Translations under genes and position numbers: made by a program
Assembly (NCBI GenBank): GCA_977020255.1
Contig: CDROCS010000506.1
Coordinates: 496,001 to 560,000 of the forward strand
Length of the DNA: 64,000 nt
Direction of reading: 5' to 3'
Source: Obrimoposthia wandeli
Lineage: Eukaryota
Notes under the pieces: model-generated
The model's database searches: none
Seen by the model: only the letters and a program-made list of their open reading frames with translations
What the model was told of the DNA's origin: nothing
Part shown: positions 19,976 through 29,197 of the stretch, in pieces
Layout: each line of letters begins with the position of its first letter
Numbering within the stretch: the first letter of the stretch is position 1

Positions 19976-21704
19976 GCTGTTTCACCTTCTTAACTTCACT
20001 ATCAACGGTAGACACACCATTCATTGCACCAAGGAATTGCTCACATGTCCCCGCTTTTTCAACCTTACCGTCTTTAAGCACCACGACCCAGTCCATCTGC
20101 CTTAAAAACCCAGGTCGGTGGCTAATCATCACTACTGTTATGCTATTTTCTTTACAGTATTGCAGTACAATTGACAGGGCGACTTCACCTTCAGGATCTA
20201 AATTAGAGTTGGGTTCATCAAGGACGAGTAATCTAGGATTAGAAAAAATAGCTCTAGCCAAGCCAATACGTTGTTTTTGACCGCCAGACAGCTGCAAACC
20301 GCCTTCACCAAGGTAAGTATCATAGCCTTTGGGTAATGAAATAATCAGTTCATGAATACAGGCAAGTTGCGCGGCATGAATTATTTTTTCAGCTGGTGCA
20401 TTCGAGTAACGGCAAATATTTTCAGCCACAGTGCCCGCGAGTAAACCCACTTCTTGTGGTAGAAAACCTATGTGTTCACCAATTTCATTTTCGGGCCATA
20501 ATTCCATCGCAGCGCCGTCAATTTTAACCGCCCCTACCGATGGTTTGTGGATCCCCATGATTAAAGCAGCAAGCGTTGATTTACCTGAACCAGTATTACC
20601 CATGATTGCGAGTGCTTGCCCTGCTCCGAGTTTAAAATTAATGTTTTGTAATACTGCGCGCTGTTGATTAGGAAACTTTAACCCCACATTTTCTAACTTC
20701 AATTCGCCTTTTGGTACTGGCAAGCTCGTTTTAAACTCGTCATCCAGCGCACCTTCATTTAATAATTGTAAACGTTTGAATGCATTCCAAGCGCTGTACC
20801 AGCCTTTCCATCCGGCAACCGCTTGTTCAAAAGGAGATAATAAACGCCCCATAATAATCGAACTGGCAATAATAGACCCAGCACCCAGCTGTTGCTGTAA
20901 TACCAGCATGACACCGACAGTCAAGATAGCCACTTGTAACAATGTTCTAAAGTAACGACTAACAGCTAATAGCTGCCCTGTTCTTGCGTTTACTTGCCAT
21001 TGCAGTGCTAACACTTGCTGGTTTTTATCGTGCCACACCTTGCCTATATTATCGGCCATGCCCATCGCGCGTAACATCGGCGCATTTCTTAAAAAGTCAT
21101 TAAGTTCCATACTGGTTTTCATGGCTAATTCTTGCGACTCGCCGCTCGGCTTACGTGCTGCATACATCATCAGCAATGCCAATACTACAAACACTGCACT
21201 ACCAATAAGGGCGACGATACCAAGATAGGGGTGCAGCATGAATAGAATAACCAGAAATACGGCAATCCAAGGAATATCAAAAATGGCAGATGTTGAAGGG
21301 CTAACTAAAAAATTCCTTAGTTCGGTTAAATCTTGTAAACCTTGTTTGTGAATGCAGTTATGCTTAGATGACTGACGAATACTGTCGGCAAGTAATAATG
21401 GACTGAGCGTCAGATCCAGGTTCAACCCCGTTTTTTGTAACAGTAGTGTACGAATATGTTCGATGACAGCTTGGGCTGTTAATAATATAACCGCGATGGC
21501 TAATAAGGCGTATAGCGTATCTAAACTGGCGCTACTCAATACCCGATCAAACAACTGCAAGCTATATAAAGGTAAGGTTAATACCAAAAAATTAATAGCA
21601 AGGCTAAATATAACCACGTAAACAAGATTTTTCTTGCACACACTAAACGCGCTTTGTAGCTCATTTTTCAACAAGGTAGATATCCTTAAAAGCGTAAGTC
21701 CCAA
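19968..21704 (-). CDS. Type I secretion ABC transporter (PrtD/AprD family), canonical ATPase
   Basis: GNTGSGKST, FLPQE, LSGGQKQR, LVLDEP, ISHR all intact; exact start uncertain (TTG). Confidence 0.93.
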   Translation of the reverse strand: MGLTLLRISTLLKNELQSAFSVCKKNLVYVVIFSLAINFLVLTLPLYSLQLFDRVLSSASLDTLYALLAIAVILLTAQAVIEHIRTLLLQKTGLNLDLTLSPLLLADSIRQSSKHNCIHKQGLQDLTELRNFLVSPSTSAIFDIPWIAVFLVILFMLHPYLGIVALIGSAVFVVLALLMMYAARKPSGESQELAMKTSMELNDFLRNAPMLRAMGMADNIGKVWHDKNQQVLALQWQVNARTGQLLAVSRYFRTLLQVAILTVGVMLVLQQQLGAGSIIASSIIMGRLLSPFEQAVAGWKGWYSAWNAFKRLQLLNEGALDDEFKTSLPVPKGELKLENVGLKFPNQQRAVLQNINFKLGAGQALAIMGNTGSGKSTLAALIMGIHKPSVGAVKIDGAAMELWPENEIGEHIGFLPQEVGLLAGTVAENICRYSNAPAEKIIHAAQLACIHELIISLPKGYDTYLGEGGLQLSGGQKQRIGLARAIFSNPRLLVLDEPNSNLDPEGEVALSIVLQYCKENSITVVMISHRPGFLRQMDWVVVLKDGKVEKAGTCEQFLGAMNGVSTVDSEVKKVKQHG

Positions 21705-21909
21705 CTAAAAAGTATAGTAAAAAAAATACCACAATTTAATTAGTTTTAGTGTTTTAAGATCAAGCTCACGTTTATGACTGCCCACTGCTAAAGATCGTAG
21801 GTAAAACCAAGTCACTATTCTAGTATCGAATGAATAAATCATGTATTACAGGTAATTAAGCACATTATGGCTAACCTAAGAGGTCTATATATTAACGCTT
21901 AACGCGAGA

Positions 21910-23496
21910 GTGATGATCTCAATAGCGATCTTATCGATCGTGAGCTTTACTAGCATTGCAGAACCGTCACCAACCCAACAAGATAACGAACCTGAAAAAT
22001 TAAGTTTTTATGGGGGCAGAGCTGTACCTCATGTACCTGTAAGTGATTCACAGACTCAAACATCATCATCAGGCGCTAGTGAAAACTCAAACAAGCGCGG
22101 GTCACAACGCCGAGCAATACACCCTACTGATACCGAAGACAGTAATACGGAAAGTGCGCCTCCCCAACTAACTAAACAAAGCCAAAAAAAGTTAAGCGTA
22201 AATAATGCTATAAAAATAACAGTTCAATCACCTGAAAAGGTTATTTTAAAAAACAATGGAATAAAAGTAACTTCGCTGTCTGACGATACAACAATAACCA
22301 CCAAACAGCTGACGCGAGAAGATTTAGTATTAGCCAAAAAAGCGCAGTATTATATCGAGCGTAATTGGAATAAAAACACCGGTTTAATTGATTCTGTACA
22401 AGGTTATCATCACGCAACACTTTGGGATATGGCCAGTGGTATTGGCGCCATTCTCGCGTTAGAAAAACTTGAGTTAATCAGCAGTTTTGATGCGTCATCT
22501 CGACTCACTAAAACCTTAATAACCCTGTTTAAACTACCACTGTATAACAACGAATTACCGAATCGAGAGTACAATACTCAATCAGGCTTACCGTCGGGTT
22601 CTCTCAGTAAAACAGCTTCTAACGGTAACGGTTGGTCGGCATTAGATATTGGCCGCCTGTTAATTTGGTTAGAAATAACCAAACAATACAAGCCAGAATT
22701 AACGCCGCTAATTACGTTAATTACCAAAAAGTGGAAGTTTGAACGAACAGTGTTTAATCAGACTCTGTATGGTGAACTGAAACAGAAACGCAGCACTTCA
22801 TATCGTCAAGAAGGTCGCTTAGGCTATTTACAATATGCAGCGCAAGGTTATCAATTCTCGGGACTTGATGTGGCAAATGCATTTAAACAAGATAATACCA
22901 CCGAGATTATGCAAGAAGGCATCCCCCTTCATATCGACCAACGTAACCTGCCTTTTTTTACTAGCGACAGTTATGTACTCCAAGCGATTGAACTCGGTAG
23001 CCCTATTGTGTGGTGGAATCAATTAGAAAACGTTTACCAATTACATAAAACGCATTATGCAGACACCAAAATACTGCGGATATTTGCTGAAGATGCGATG
23101 AGCAAAGCACCGTGGTTTTCTTATAACAATATTAATATCTATGGTAAATCATGGTTAAGTACCAATACCCGAGGCAAATCGATTACTAATCCGCAAATAT
23201 TTAGTAATAAAGTCGCCTTTGCTTTTAGTGTGCTTTTTGATGATGATTTTAGCCAACAACTCGCTACTCAAGTGCTTTCTAATAGCTTATCTAAGCGCTC
23301 AGTACCGACTGGGTTATATCAAGACAGTTCGACCAATACCGCTTACAACATCAATACTAACTCATTAATATTAGTCGCATTATGGTTTAAATCCCGTAAT
23401 AACACGCCGATTTATCAACCCGCAGATAGCCGCTTGAATAAAATAGTGAATACGACCGTTAATAAAAACAATAGTAACGACTTAACAGCACTTTAA
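21910..23496 (+). CDS. DUF3131-family protein, third paralogue, with signal peptide and disordered N-terminal linker
   Basis: TGLIDSVQGYHHATLWD, LPNREYNT, GWSALDIGR, EGRLGYLQY. Confidence 0.8.
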   Translation: MMISIAILSIVSFTSIAEPSPTQQDNEPEKLSFYGGRAVPHVPVSDSQTQTSSSGASENSNKRGSQRRAIHPTDTEDSNTESAPPQLTKQSQKKLSVNNAIKITVQSPEKVILKNNGIKVTSLSDDTTITTKQLTREDLVLAKKAQYYIERNWNKNTGLIDSVQGYHHATLWDMASGIGAILALEKLELISSFDASSRLTKTLITLFKLPLYNNELPNREYNTQSGLPSGSLSKTASNGNGWSALDIGRLLIWLEITKQYKPELTPLITLITKKWKFERTVFNQTLYGELKQKRSTSYRQEGRLGYLQYAAQGYQFSGLDVANAFKQDNTTEIMQEGIPLHIDQRNLPFFTSDSYVLQAIELGSPIVWWNQLENVYQLHKTHYADTKILRIFAEDAMSKAPWFSYNNINIYGKSWLSTNTRGKSITNPQIFSNKVAFAFSVLFDDDFSQQLATQVLSNSLSKRSVPTGLYQDSSTNTAYNINTNSLILVALWFKSRNNTPIYQPADSRLNKIVNTTVNKNNSNDLTAL

Positions 23497-23614
23497 CTGC
23501 ACTAATAGAAAATAATGATCCATCTATAAATAGATCATCAAGTGTACTAGGGCCAAAGAAGTTAACCACTGCTATACTTTTTTTGTATCCCCCCAACACG
23601 CTTATTGGAACCCC

Positions 23615-24421
23615 ATGTCCCTGCCACTTTTTAAACACAAAAAACTACCTTTAGCACTCTTGCTTTGTAGCGCGACGCTGCCAATGTCGAGCCTTGCCAA
23701 AGATGTTGATTTTTCTGATCCGCTCACTGAACTTAACTCAGCATTATGGTGGAAATCAGATGGCTGGAGCAATGGTTTTCCTTTCACTAATAGTTGGGAA
23801 GGTGAAGCTGTTAGCTTTAGTGATGCAGGTATGGCACTTAGCTTAGCGCCAACAAATTATGCTGATACTGGCTATCCATATCAGTCGGGGGAATTTCGTA
23901 GTCAAGGGTTTTATGGCTATGGTTGTTTTGAAATTGAAATGAAACCAGTAGCAAAACCTGGGATTGTTTCTTCCTTTTTCCTCTTTGCAGGACCTTATGA
24001 TAAACCAGAGAAAGGTAATGGCAAACATAACGAAATTGATATTGAATTTTTAGGCAAAGATACCAGCGTGGTACAAATTAACTTTTGGACCAATGATGAC
24101 CGCTATGAATTGGCACATGAACATATTATTCCACTGGGTTTTGATGCAGCCGAAGGTTTCCATCGCTATGGTATTGAATGGCGTAGAAAGTCAATATCTT
24201 GGTATGTAGATGGTCAGTTAGTGCATAAAGTAAAACATGATACCAGCGATCCTATCCCACAAATATCAAGCAGCAAGCTGAGAGTGATGGCTAACTTATG
24301 GGCAACGGATAACCGTATTTCTGATTGGGCAGGTTATTTTGAAGCAGGCGACTTCCCTATCACCGCTCATTACCGTAATGCTAGCTTTAAGAGCCGCTCT
24401 ACTTGTAAAAGCGATGAGTGA
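23615..24421 (+). CDS. GH16 beta-glucanase, lichenase-like, secreted
   Basis: SGEFRS..FYGYG.FEIEMKP...GIVSSFF, NEIDIEFLGKD (ExDxE), LGFDAA..FH.Y; signal peptide. Confidence 0.9.
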   Translation: MSLPLFKHKKLPLALLLCSATLPMSSLAKDVDFSDPLTELNSALWWKSDGWSNGFPFTNSWEGEAVSFSDAGMALSLAPTNYADTGYPYQSGEFRSQGFYGYGCFEIEMKPVAKPGIVSSFFLFAGPYDKPEKGNGKHNEIDIEFLGKDTSVVQINFWTNDDRYELAHEHIIPLGFDAAEGFHRYGIEWRRKSISWYVDGQLVHKVKHDTSDPIPQISSSKLRVMANLWATDNRISDWAGYFEAGDFPITAHYRNASFKSRSTCKSDE

Positions 24422-24434
24422 TTTAACAATCTAC

Positions 24435-25292
24435 CTACAAGGTGATTTTACTAAAAACGAGTTGCTTGAGCATAAGCAGAAAGCCAATTGGTAGTAAGAT
24501 CGTTTTAAGTAAAAATAATGCCATTAATTCCATAAAGCTAATAATGGAATCTTCAATACTTTGTTGCATGTAAGCAACTTTGTCAGTTTCTGCTTTTAGT
24601 TTGTTTGTGGCATTTTCCCAACTGGCTTTCATTGCATCAACAAAGCCCTGCTCTGCTTTAATGTCTAATTCCGCGCCACCATCTTGAGCTCCTTTAACTA
24701 ATGCCGTTACACCTTCAATTTGGCTGGATTGGAGTTGGATTTGTTCATCAATAAACAGCTTATCCACCATAATATTAAGTCCAAGCGATAGGACGACGGC
24801 AAAGCGTATTAATACGATGACTTTAAATACTGACAGCGCTATTTTTCTATATTGCTTAGCACCTCGGACCCACATTGTTATGAGCAACGCAAAAGACGCG
24901 AGCATTAACAAGATATTAGCTAATTTAGACGCCATCATCATTAACAGGATTTTTTGTAACGCTAATGAACCGACAGCTAATGTCATAACCCAAGTAAATT
25001 TGTTAATCAAGTCGCTCACCGGGTTGAGCATTTCACCTACATCAATCGATGCGACCCCAACTGATAACTCAGTACTTTTAACAACCGATATAACGGCATC
25101 AAGCGTACGTGCGACAGCGAAACTAGCACCTGCAGCAACAATTGACTCATCTACCATGGTATGCGCTTTCTCATCTGCGACACGAACAAGGCCTAAAACA
25201 GTGATAGCAATAATTAAAACTGTCATCAGCCATTTAATAGACAGGTTAGGTTTCGATTCAAGGGTTGTTGTCACTACATCTAAATTATTCAT
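24435..25292 (-). CDS. Hypothetical multi-pass membrane protein
   Basis: Long ORF with about 5 hydrophobic helices and a helical soluble segment; AGGA RBS. Confidence 0.7.
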   Translation of the reverse strand: MNNLDVVTTTLESKPNLSIKWLMTVLIIAITVLGLVRVADEKAHTMVDESIVAAGASFAVARTLDAVISVVKSTELSVGVASIDVGEMLNPVSDLINKFTWVMTLAVGSLALQKILLMMMASKLANILLMLASFALLITMWVRGAKQYRKIALSVFKVIVLIRFAVVLSLGLNIMVDKLFIDEQIQLQSSQIEGVTALVKGAQDGGAELDIKAEQGFVDAMKASWENATNKLKAETDKVAYMQQSIEDSIISFMELMALFLLKTILLPIGFLLMLKQLVFSKITL

Positions 25293-25398
25293 GCTGTTCC
25301 TATAATACGAAGCTCATGCCTTTGCACGATCGAGCAAGACTCGATAATCTTCCCATAACAACAAGAATTTAGCTACAGGTTACCGTGACAACCAGTCC

Positions 25399-27585
25399 TT
25401 AATCCACCATCGCAGCAACAGCATTCACGTTATGATGCAAAATACTCGACTTAGCCTGTAGCACTTTATCTGGCGCGCCAAAGAACTTCTGCCCGCCGTC
25501 ATCATCCAATAACAAACATAAATCAGACGCAGCGACCATGGTCTTGTCCGTTGTCGTAAAGATCACCGATGCTTGCGATAAGTGCTGGGCAAATAATGCG
25601 GTGAGATATTTACTGCTTTCTTGCTCGGAACCGACAAAAGGTTCATCAATCAATACGACTTTTTTACGACAATGACCCAAACCAATCGCTAAGGTCAGTT
25701 TACGAATAACACCATCGGGTAAAGAGGCAACAAACTCATTACTCAGGTACGTGTCCTTTCCATCAGGTAAAAACTTATCAAGGTGAAAAAAGGTCAGCAT
25801 GCTAGTTATAAACGATGCCGGTACGAAACCATTATAAATGATGTAATTTGATTCAACGGTCCCTTGATAAAAGTGCATATCAAACGGGATATAACAAATG
25901 CTATTACGAAAGCGAAAGTTATTAAATTGGTTAATATTGTAACCATCTAACGACACCTTGCCTTGAAATCTAGCTTCAACGCCACCGAGTATATTAAGCA
26001 AGGTAGTTTTACCTATACCGGAAGGCGTACACACAGACAGTTTTTGCCCAGGCGATAGCTTGAACGAGAGATTGGTTAACCCCTTTGTCGCATTGGGGTG
26101 TCGATGCGATAAACCAGCCACTGACACAGTTCCTTGAAACTGGTTAATGGGTGGGCTTTTCTCCATTTTGCTTTTATCATCATCCAACGACATCAGCGCA
26201 TTAATCTGAGCTGATGAGGCTTTGATACTGTCTAAACGAGTTAACGAATTATAAATGCCCATAATCGGCGTTAACGCTTTCCACACCAAAATGATAATCG
26301 CTAACATAGCGCCCGCATTAGTCGTGCCATCCATCACAGATGCCACCGCGACGACAATACTGGTCGTCCCGATGATTTGGATAAAGCTACTGCCGAGCTG
26401 CTGCACTTTAGTACTGGTAACCGCAACTAGGTGTGAATCTTGTAATCGTTGACCAAGTGCAGATGTGAAGCGCGATTTGATAACCGACACTAATGGTAGC
26501 CCCTGAATAGAGGCAACATTTTCGAGTACTTCATTCCACTGATTGGCGACAATAGCATTCGCTCGCGAACTCTTTGAGGTCACTTGACTAAATCGGTAGC
26601 GTGAATAAATACAAAACAACATCATAAACAATATACCGATGATAACCGTAACCGCAGCCGTTCCAGACATAATCAAAATAGCGACAATAAACACCAGAAT
26701 AAACGGTAAATCAAAATAGCTTAAACTCGATTCTGCAGTCACTAAGCGCCTAAATTGGTCAATATCCTTCAACCTAGCCAACTGAGATGATTTACCAGCA
26801 CCAGATGTTAGCGCATAAGGCAGCCAGAGGAGCTTGGAGATCACATGGTAGGAGATGTATTCGGCGAGCTCTTGCCCTGAGCTGTTAAGCACTGCCATAC
26901 GCTGGTGCTTACAAATATACTCAATAACAGCAACCATAACAGCACCTAACGCTAACCACAGTAAGGTTGACTGTGAATCAGCTGTTAGCGCAAAATTGTA
27001 TACGCTCATAATAAAAAACGGCTGTATTGCACCTAATAAGCTGATAATAAAACTGAGTAATGCCAGATTTTTTAACTCGCTAGAATAGTGATAAAAAGCG
27101 TGCTTTATCCAATTGCGTTTATCTTGTGACTCTGGTGGCGGCTCTCGAAATAACCGTGAATAGCGGGAAATACTGCATACTTCGGCCTCAAACGTGCCGG
27201 TATGTTGATGTTCAACCAACACATCATTTTCGTAATCATACAGATAGAGAACACCATCTCGATAATCAAGTAAGATATAAGACTGCGCCTGTAAGCGAAT
27301 AAAACTCGGACAATCGATATCGAGAAGTTGTTCAACGTCCTTAACTACATGATGCTCACACTGATAACCTAAACGCGTTAACGTTTTATCAAAGCTAAGG
27401 TGATGGTCTGCTTGGTAGATGAATGTATCGGATAAAATATCAGGCGTACCCTCCCACTCTAATGCGACGAGTGTATAAGCAAGACCTAATAATAAAGGGT
27501 TCTTAGCATATCGTTCCGATAACGAACCATGCTTGAATTGATCTAACCGTTGTTGGATCTCATCAAAAGCAATTAACGTATCCAT
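25399..27585 (-). CDS. T1SS-type ABC transporter with N-terminal C39-like domain; degenerate NBD
   Basis: ABC TMD; TPSGIGKT Walker A, LPDGV signature, VLIDEP Walker B. Confidence 0.8.
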   Translation of the reverse strand: MDTLIAFDEIQQRLDQFKHGSLSERYAKNPLLLGLAYTLVALEWEGTPDILSDTFIYQADHHLSFDKTLTRLGYQCEHHVVKDVEQLLDIDCPSFIRLQAQSYILLDYRDGVLYLYDYENDVLVEHQHTGTFEAEVCSISRYSRLFREPPPESQDKRNWIKHAFYHYSSELKNLALLSFIISLLGAIQPFFIMSVYNFALTADSQSTLLWLALGAVMVAVIEYICKHQRMAVLNSSGQELAEYISYHVISKLLWLPYALTSGAGKSSQLARLKDIDQFRRLVTAESSLSYFDLPFILVFIVAILIMSGTAAVTVIIGILFMMLFCIYSRYRFSQVTSKSSRANAIVANQWNEVLENVASIQGLPLVSVIKSRFTSALGQRLQDSHLVAVTSTKVQQLGSSFIQIIGTTSIVVAVASVMDGTTNAGAMLAIIILVWKALTPIMGIYNSLTRLDSIKASSAQINALMSLDDDKSKMEKSPPINQFQGTVSVAGLSHRHPNATKGLTNLSFKLSPGQKLSVCTPSGIGKTTLLNILGGVEARFQGKVSLDGYNINQFNNFRFRNSICYIPFDMHFYQGTVESNYIIYNGFVPASFITSMLTFFHLDKFLPDGKDTYLSNEFVASLPDGVIRKLTLAIGLGHCRKKVVLIDEPFVGSEQESSKYLTALFAQHLSQASVIFTTTDKTMVAASDLCLLLDDDGGQKFFGAPDKVLQAKSSILHHNVNAVAAMVD

Positions 27586-27586
27586 G

Positions 27587-29197
27587 TTAGTTCACCTCAT
27601 TTATTTTTAATCTATTAATCATCATATCAACTTGGCTGATTTTATTACTGGCAATGATAAACGTGTACGCTTGAGTGCGTGGTCGTAAACAAGCTAATAA
27701 ATTAACACTGAAGACTTCGTCATAAACAAGATCAATATCGTCGATCAAGATAATGTGTTTATTACTCAATAATGCTCTCACGATAAGCAAGGCAAAGTGA
27801 ACTTGGCGAGAAAATGGCTGAGCGTTGACACTATTAATATCGGTAAAGAAGCCTTGTTTTAACTCATCAATTTGTCCCTTTACAGCAAGCGCTTCACACA
27901 AGGAATACGCCGCTTTGTGGTATTGCGGGCGGAAACAAGTGATATTATCGATGATAGAACCTTCTATAAAATGACTATTTTTATCTATTTTAACAATGTC
28001 GTCCATATACTCAGAAACATAATAATGCGGGATAACACCACCATTAACTGCAACTTGATAACCTTCTATTTCTTGTTCGTACACAAGTGCATTTAACACA
28101 CTGCTTTTGCCACAACCTGATGGTCCAGTAATGATATTTATTTTTCTAGCATCAAACTGATAATCTTTATGGTGGTGATAACTGATTGAATCTATATTCG
28201 TTACACTATTCGCCGCTGCCCTGCCTTTAATTAGCACGCTTTTTTTCTCTGGATCTACTTCTTCTAAATCCAACATCTCATTGAGTCTATGAATATAGCT
28301 TTTATTAACCTGCCACTGACTTAATGTCCGCATCGCTTGTTGGTAAGGGGCGAAATAACGGTTCGTCAACAAAATAATCGCAGCCATCACACCTTGACTC
28401 ATGCCTAAGCTAATTACCGCAGTCGCACAGCTAATCACAACTAATATAATCGTGATTTGTTGGATAAAATTGAGCAATAAATTGTAACGAGATTCTTGCT
28501 GTTCAAATTCAGTATTATGTTGTTCCCTTTGTTTGATCATCGTATCCATCAAGTTTTCAACTCGATATTCCATCGCTCGACTTTTTATATCCATTGGATA
28601 AGACACGATTTCAATCACTTTCGAATTCGTCAGTCCTTCGATGTCAGATTTAGCTTCCAGTAACTGTACTTTTTTAGTCGCTAAATACCGCGCGACCACG
28701 AACAAAAATAAAGACGCGGCAAGTAACGTTAATCCTGCACCGAGATCTATAATTGCTATCACTAACAAAGTAATGCCGCAGGTAGCAATATTAATCGCGG
28801 CAGTGATCAAGTCACCGCTAAAGAACGATTTTAAATTTGGGATCGTACGTAATCGCTCTAAATATTCGCCCGTTTGCAAGCGACTTAAGTGGCTTAAATT
28901 GGCATGACAAATAGCATTAAAAAGTTGATTCGTGATATTTTTTTCAAATCGATTGGCGATCTTTGACACAATTTTTTCTTCGATGCCTTTGACTTTGTAA
29001 TCTAAAAAAATAGCCGTCAAAACAATAGCAAAGATGAAATACAATGAAGACGTTGAATTATTCGGTAAAATACGGTCAAAAATAATCAAGATAGAAAAAG
29101 GCAGCACAAAACCTAATAAGGTGGTGACAAGGCTGGAGATAAACAAAAAACACGAATCATAAACACTGAGTTTAGGTATATAGTTTAACTTCTTCAT
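27587..29197 (-). CDS. Second T1SS-type ABC transporter subunit; degenerate NBD
   Basis: HlyB-like TMD (LPFSILIIFDRIL), GPSGCGKS, FSRQV signature, IILIDD Walker B. Confidence 0.78.
   Translation of the reverse strand: MKKLNYIPKLSVYDSCFLFISSLVTTLLGFVLPFSILIIFDRILPNNSTSSLYFIFAIVLTAIFLDYKVKGIEEKIVSKIANRFEKNITNQLFNAICHANLSHLSRLQTGEYLERLRTIPNLKSFFSGDLITAAINIATCGITLLVIAIIDLGAGLTLLAASLFLFVVARYLATKKVQLLEAKSDIEGLTNSKVIEIVSYPMDIKSRAMEYRVENLMDTMIKQREQHNTEFEQQESRYNLLLNFIQQITIILVVISCATAVISLGMSQGVMAAIILLTNRYFAPYQQAMRTLSQWQVNKSYIHRLNEMLDLEEVDPEKKSVLIKGRAAANSVTNIDSISYHHHKDYQFDARKINIITGPSGCGKSSVLNALVYEQEIEGYQVAVNGGVIPHYYVSEYMDDIVKIDKNSHFIEGSIIDNITCFRPQYHKAAYSLCEALAVKGQIDELKQGFFTDINSVNAQPFSRQVHFALLIVRALLSNKHIILIDDIDLVYDEVFSVNLLACLRPRTQAYTFIIASNKISQVDMMINRLKINEVN

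Noticed and set aside
25304-25350. CGATC-N18-CGTAT on the minus strand as a sigmaE promoter
   Set aside because: Mismatched -35, longer spacer, and the implied TSS would fall on the RBS
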